Shown piece after piece: positions 61,495 to 64,000 of a DNA stretch of 64,000 bases (its first letter is position 1; every line of letters begins with the position of its first letter). This DNA is from a virus. Where the stretch lies: the IMG/VR virus record IMGVR_UViG_3300030108_004965, positions 32,001 to 96,000 of that record; one strand, 5' to 3'. The notes under the pieces were generated by a model. The model was given only the letters and a program-made list of their open reading frames with translations, searched no databases and was not told where the DNA came from. The position numbers and the translations under genes were made by a program.

Positions 61495-61717
61495 GTTGTC
61501 CTCCTTTGACAATCTTGAATGTTTCAGTTGAACCATAAAGGTCATGATCCCACATAGCGTCATCGTCATCTTCACTTAACCACTTAATGTAGATAAGATG
61601 GGCAAAGCCACCATTTTTGTGGTGCGCCTCGGTATGAGTTACCCACCCTATGTCATTAGCCTCTGGATGATTATTTTCCCAATGTTTATACAGTATCATG
61701 TCTCCAACTTCTATCAT
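61484..61717 (-). CDS. GDLV-family microprotein
   Basis: MIEVGDMILY...IGWVTH...IKWL...FKIV. Confidence 0.72.
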   Translation of the reverse strand: MIEVGDMILYKHWENNHPEANDIGWVTHTEAHHKNGGFAHLIYIKWLSEDDDDAMWDHDLYGSTETFKIVKGGQHER

Positions 61718-61746
61718 AATGTCCTCCAGTGTTGGGGTATAGTAGT

Positions 61747-61789
61747 AATGTATCATGTCCTCGAAATAAATCAAGGACATTTTTTGTCC
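61747..61789 (-). promoter_or_regulatory. class A promoter + palindrome
   Basis: TTGATT-N16-TACATT; palindrome 61775-61789. Confidence 0.7.
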
Positions 61790-61791
61790 GA

Positions 61792-62784
61792 TTATGGAAC
61801 ATGGTATCCATAAGATTTCAATCGTGCCTTAAGTTTCCCAGCGTTGCGACCTCTACGGGATGGATGGAACTTTGCTATCAACGGGGCTAGTTTACAGTTA
61901 ACTTCCCAAAGATTTTTGTTTTTTGCAATCCATTCCCAACACTCGGTATATCCATTGTTAAACCATTCTTCAGTAGGAATGTTCTCACTTGGTGCAAGGA
62001 TGTTATCTATTCTAGCACCCCAACTAGAGCCACGGTTGAACAACTCAGCAATCTTACCTTCTTTGCCCTGCTGGGTGTCGTTAATAACAAGAGAATGAAA
62101 CGGGTTTGTTAGTGTATGAGTTTGACCATCTATCAATACATCAATGCTTAACTCTGATTTGTAATCCCAATCTGATAGCGTCAAACCCATGTTGACCTGA
62201 TCCCAAGAAATAGCGGTGACAATACCAATCCCTGACCAGTTCTCTAGCCATAGGCCATTTTGTCGAAAGTGACTAGCAGACAAAGAAAGCAATGCACCTT
62301 CAGCAAAGCCCATACCCTTCACAAAACGCTCATAGAATAACTTGCGATAGTTCTGAGAGGCTCGGCCAAGATCGTCGATGAAGTTGTGCATAACATCGCA
62401 GTTCCTACGGTTATGCCCAGTCTCTCCGCAGAAGCCACAAGAAGTCTTGCGCTTTCGAGGCTTAACGCCCAGCCGTTCTAGTCGATCTTTCTTTTCCTTT
62501 CTGGCTTGTATCCGACGTTGTTGTCGGTCGTAGGCAGACTGCATGTTTCTGAAGATACGGTCATGATAAATCAACCTACCATCTTGATCTCTCTTACCGT
62601 AGGTGTTCCCATACCAAGTGGTGAACAGGCTAATGTCGGGTTCTTTGCCCTGCTTCTTCAGTTCCACCATCTTGGCTGGTACAGGGCAGGTCATCCACAT
62701 GTGACCTTCATTGCCACAGGTAGGGCAGTGTGTTGCTCGTTTATATCGATTTCTTTCTTCGTATATTTTCATTTCGACCTCCAA
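61792..62784 (-). CDS. double CCHC zinc-knuckle protein (paralog of 59836..60735)
   Basis: CPTCGNEGHMWMTC and CGFCGETGHNRRNC. Confidence 0.82.
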   Translation of the reverse strand: MEVEMKIYEERNRYKRATHCPTCGNEGHMWMTCPVPAKMVELKKQGKEPDISLFTTWYGNTYGKRDQDGRLIYHDRIFRNMQSAYDRQQRRIQARKEKKDRLERLGVKPRKRKTSCGFCGETGHNRRNCDVMHNFIDDLGRASQNYRKLFYERFVKGMGFAEGALLSLSASHFRQNGLWLENWSGIGIVTAISWDQVNMGLTLSDWDYKSELSIDVLIDGQTHTLTNPFHSLVINDTQQGKEGKIAELFNRGSSWGARIDNILAPSENIPTEEWFNNGYTECWEWIAKNKNLWEVNCKLAPLIAKFHPSRRGRNAGKLKARLKSYGYHVP

Positions 62785-62804
62785 GTCGTTTGGGTTATAT
62801 AGAA

Positions 62805-62833
62805 CACTTATCGGGTTCAGTTGGTTTTGTCAA
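62805..62833 (-). promoter_or_regulatory. class B promoter
   Basis: TTGACA-N17(AACCCGA)-TAAGTG. Confidence 0.7.
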
Positions 62834-63024
62834 ACATTTTCTTGATTTTTCTTTATAGCCTCGGTGATCTCGATAAAGTCATCTTTTTTTATTTTTGCAA
62901 GAGCCAGACTAACAATGGCTGGGTCTGTATCCATTCCTTCTATTATATCTTGCAGTTCCCATATGCCCGATTGCTGTAAGATGTGCAATGAGTTAACGGA
63001 GATTTCTAAATCAACTAGGTTCAT
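62830..63024 (-). CDS. hypothetical microprotein
   Basis: start MNLVDL after GGAGG. Confidence 0.65.
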   Translation of the reverse strand: MNLVDLEISVNSLHILQQSGIWELQDIIEGMDTDPAIVSLALAKIKKDDFIEITEAIKKNQENV

Positions 63025-63259
63025 TTTGTACCTCCTGTATGACTTCGATTTCATTGGACGAACAGCCGATATAGTCTCCGTTCTCCAATGCTACGTGCCA
63101 ACGACCCCAGTGTTCTTGTCCGTGTTCATCGACACCTTCATCGGCCATGACTATCCCGATCCTGTCGGAATAAACATAGCCCCTTTTATCTTTCCATTCT
63201 TTTACAATGACCAGTTCCCCGATCTGAATGGCTTTTTTGCTTCTGTTTATTTTTAACAT
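63011..63259 (-). CDS. GDLV-family microprotein
   Basis: IQIGELVIV...IGIVM...WHVAL...EIEVI. Confidence 0.72.
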   Translation of the reverse strand: MLKINRSKKAIQIGELVIVKEWKDKRGYVYSDRIGIVMADEGVDEHGQEHWGRWHVALENGDYIGCSSNEIEVIQEVQNEPS

Positions 63260-63420
63260 AGTATCTCCAAATCTTCTTTGTCTACCCAATCATCTACCAA
63301 ATCTTCTTCACAGACCCAATAGCAAAGTATCATTCCATCCGCTAAATCTTCATGATCCACGATGATACCTATCCCCCAGTAGGGATAACGGGGGTTGTGG
63401 ACTAAATCTCCTATTTTCAT
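63253..63420 (-). CDS. GDLV-family microprotein, 55 aa
   Basis: MKIGDLVHNP...IGIIVD...CYW...DLEIL. Confidence 0.78.
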   Translation of the reverse strand: MKIGDLVHNPRYPYWGIGIIVDHEDLADGMILCYWVCEEDLVDDWVDKEDLEILC

Positions 63421-63617
63421 ATTACCTCCAAGTAGTAGCCATATTCGTGCGTAGGAGATGCGTTGTGTGCCCACAGCACCGCATACTCCTCATGTTCGTC
63501 CTCATACCCCCCTGCACCTCGGTAGGAGACTATCATCCCGATCCAATCGAACTCATTGCCAGATGGATCAGCGAAGCCCTTCTGGATCTTTACAAGGTCG
63601 CCTATCTCAAAGTTCAT
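63417..63617 (-). CDS. GDLV-family microprotein
   Basis: FEIGDLVKI...IGMIVSY...AVLW...YLEVI. Confidence 0.78.
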   Translation of the reverse strand: MNFEIGDLVKIQKGFADPSGNEFDWIGMIVSYRGAGGYEDEHEEYAVLWAHNASPTHEYGYYLEVI

Positions 63618-63894
63618 CCTTCACCTCCTTAACGTCCAGAAATGAGCCTATATAACCCACAGGACACCTATACATTATGACCCTCCAGCCCATGAACTGG
63701 GTAGGTAGACGGGTATGCCACGGGGATACCTCGGTATCCTCTGTCTCTGCGTATACGTCTAGTGTAGTACCGCAGTCATTCGATGCCTTGCGGATGTAGA
63801 AGGCACTATCCGTACACTCTATCACTAAGGATTTTATCTCTTCTTTTGCCTCGTCAAACGGGGCTTTCTCTTTATTCCAATGTATGTTAGCCAT
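63607..63894 (-). CDS. hypothetical protein
   Basis: ORF track; RBS in upstream MEVI codons. Confidence 0.7.
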   Translation of the reverse strand: MANIHWNKEKAPFDEAKEEIKSLVIECTDSAFYIRKASNDCGTTLDVYAETEDTEVSPWHTRLPTQFMGWRVIMYRCPVGYIGSFLDVKEVKDEL

Positions 63895-64000
63895 TTATCA
63901 CCTCCATTTCGCTTTCTATGTGATAGCCTTGTGTGCCATCAGTCCACTGAACATAAAACTCTCCGTCGTATACCACTTCTGTGATAATGCCGATGTCTCC
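63887..64000 (-). CDS. GDLV-family microprotein, partial (start beyond window)
   Basis: ...GDIGIITEV...VQWTDG...EMEVING*. Confidence 0.65.
   Translation of the reverse strand, partial: GDIGIITEVVYDGEFYVQWTDGTQGYHIESEMEVING

Noticed and set aside
581-63655. Plus-strand ORFs in the track (e.g. 27507..28004, 45936..46625, 51099..51629, 53449..54024)
   Set aside because: All lie antisense to well-supported minus-strand genes, lack RBSs and show no recognisable motifs; treated as shadow ORFs.
1-64000. Eukaryotic giant virus (NCLDV) or cellular chromosome
   Set aside because: Despite the PMM, zinc knuckles and glycan genes, GGAGG SD sites, sigma70 promoters, operon overlaps, a gp55-like sigma and the absence of housekeeping genes indicate a bacteriophage.
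1-64000. tRNA/rRNA genes and stop-codon recoding
   Set aside because: No T-loop GTTCGA cloverleaf recognised by eye (tRNAscan would be decisive); long ORFs are intact under the standard code and TAA, TAG and TGA all terminate genes.

Overview
A 64-kb fragment of a large (probably jumbo-class) dsDNA bacteriophage genome. Essentially every real gene is on the minus strand, with GGAGG Shine-Dalgarno motifs and sigma70-type promoters. There are three zones. (1) 0-22 kb: a phage sigma-factor-like gene, an FmdB zinc ribbon, and a ~20-kb nucleotide-sugar/glycosylation island (RfbB, RfbH, split HldE kinase and nucleotidyltransferase, C-methyltransferase, epimerases, DegT-like, GNAT, several glycosyltransferases). 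(2) 22-45.8 kb: AT-rich auxiliary and probable virion genes (Hsp20 with a ROSE-like leader, PD-(D/E)XK nuclease, fatty-acid hydroxylase, PIN-PhoH, HNH, eukaryote-type phosphomannomutase, HAD-Nudix fusion, matrixin, Ig-like+vWA lipoprotein, 1361- and 1483-aa acidic proteins). (3) 46-64 kb: a visibly GC-richer host-takeover-like region of short transcription units. These are driven by 17 copies of two promoter classes, one of them tied to a GGACA-N5-TGTCC palindrome. This zone contains MoxR AAA + DUF2201/vWA, two double CCHC zinc-knuckle paralogs, an origin/terminus-like repeat tract with a lone plus-strand promoter, and most of the window's ~30 divergent 50-80 aa 'GDLV...LEV' SH3/KOW-like microproteins. 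About 10 of these are too short for the supplied ORF track, and many are chained by a junction in which the C-terminal LEV codons of one gene are the ribosome-binding site of the next. No tRNA, rRNA, CRISPR array, reverse transcriptase or integrase was seen. All family assignments come from reading motifs by eye; no database search was run.
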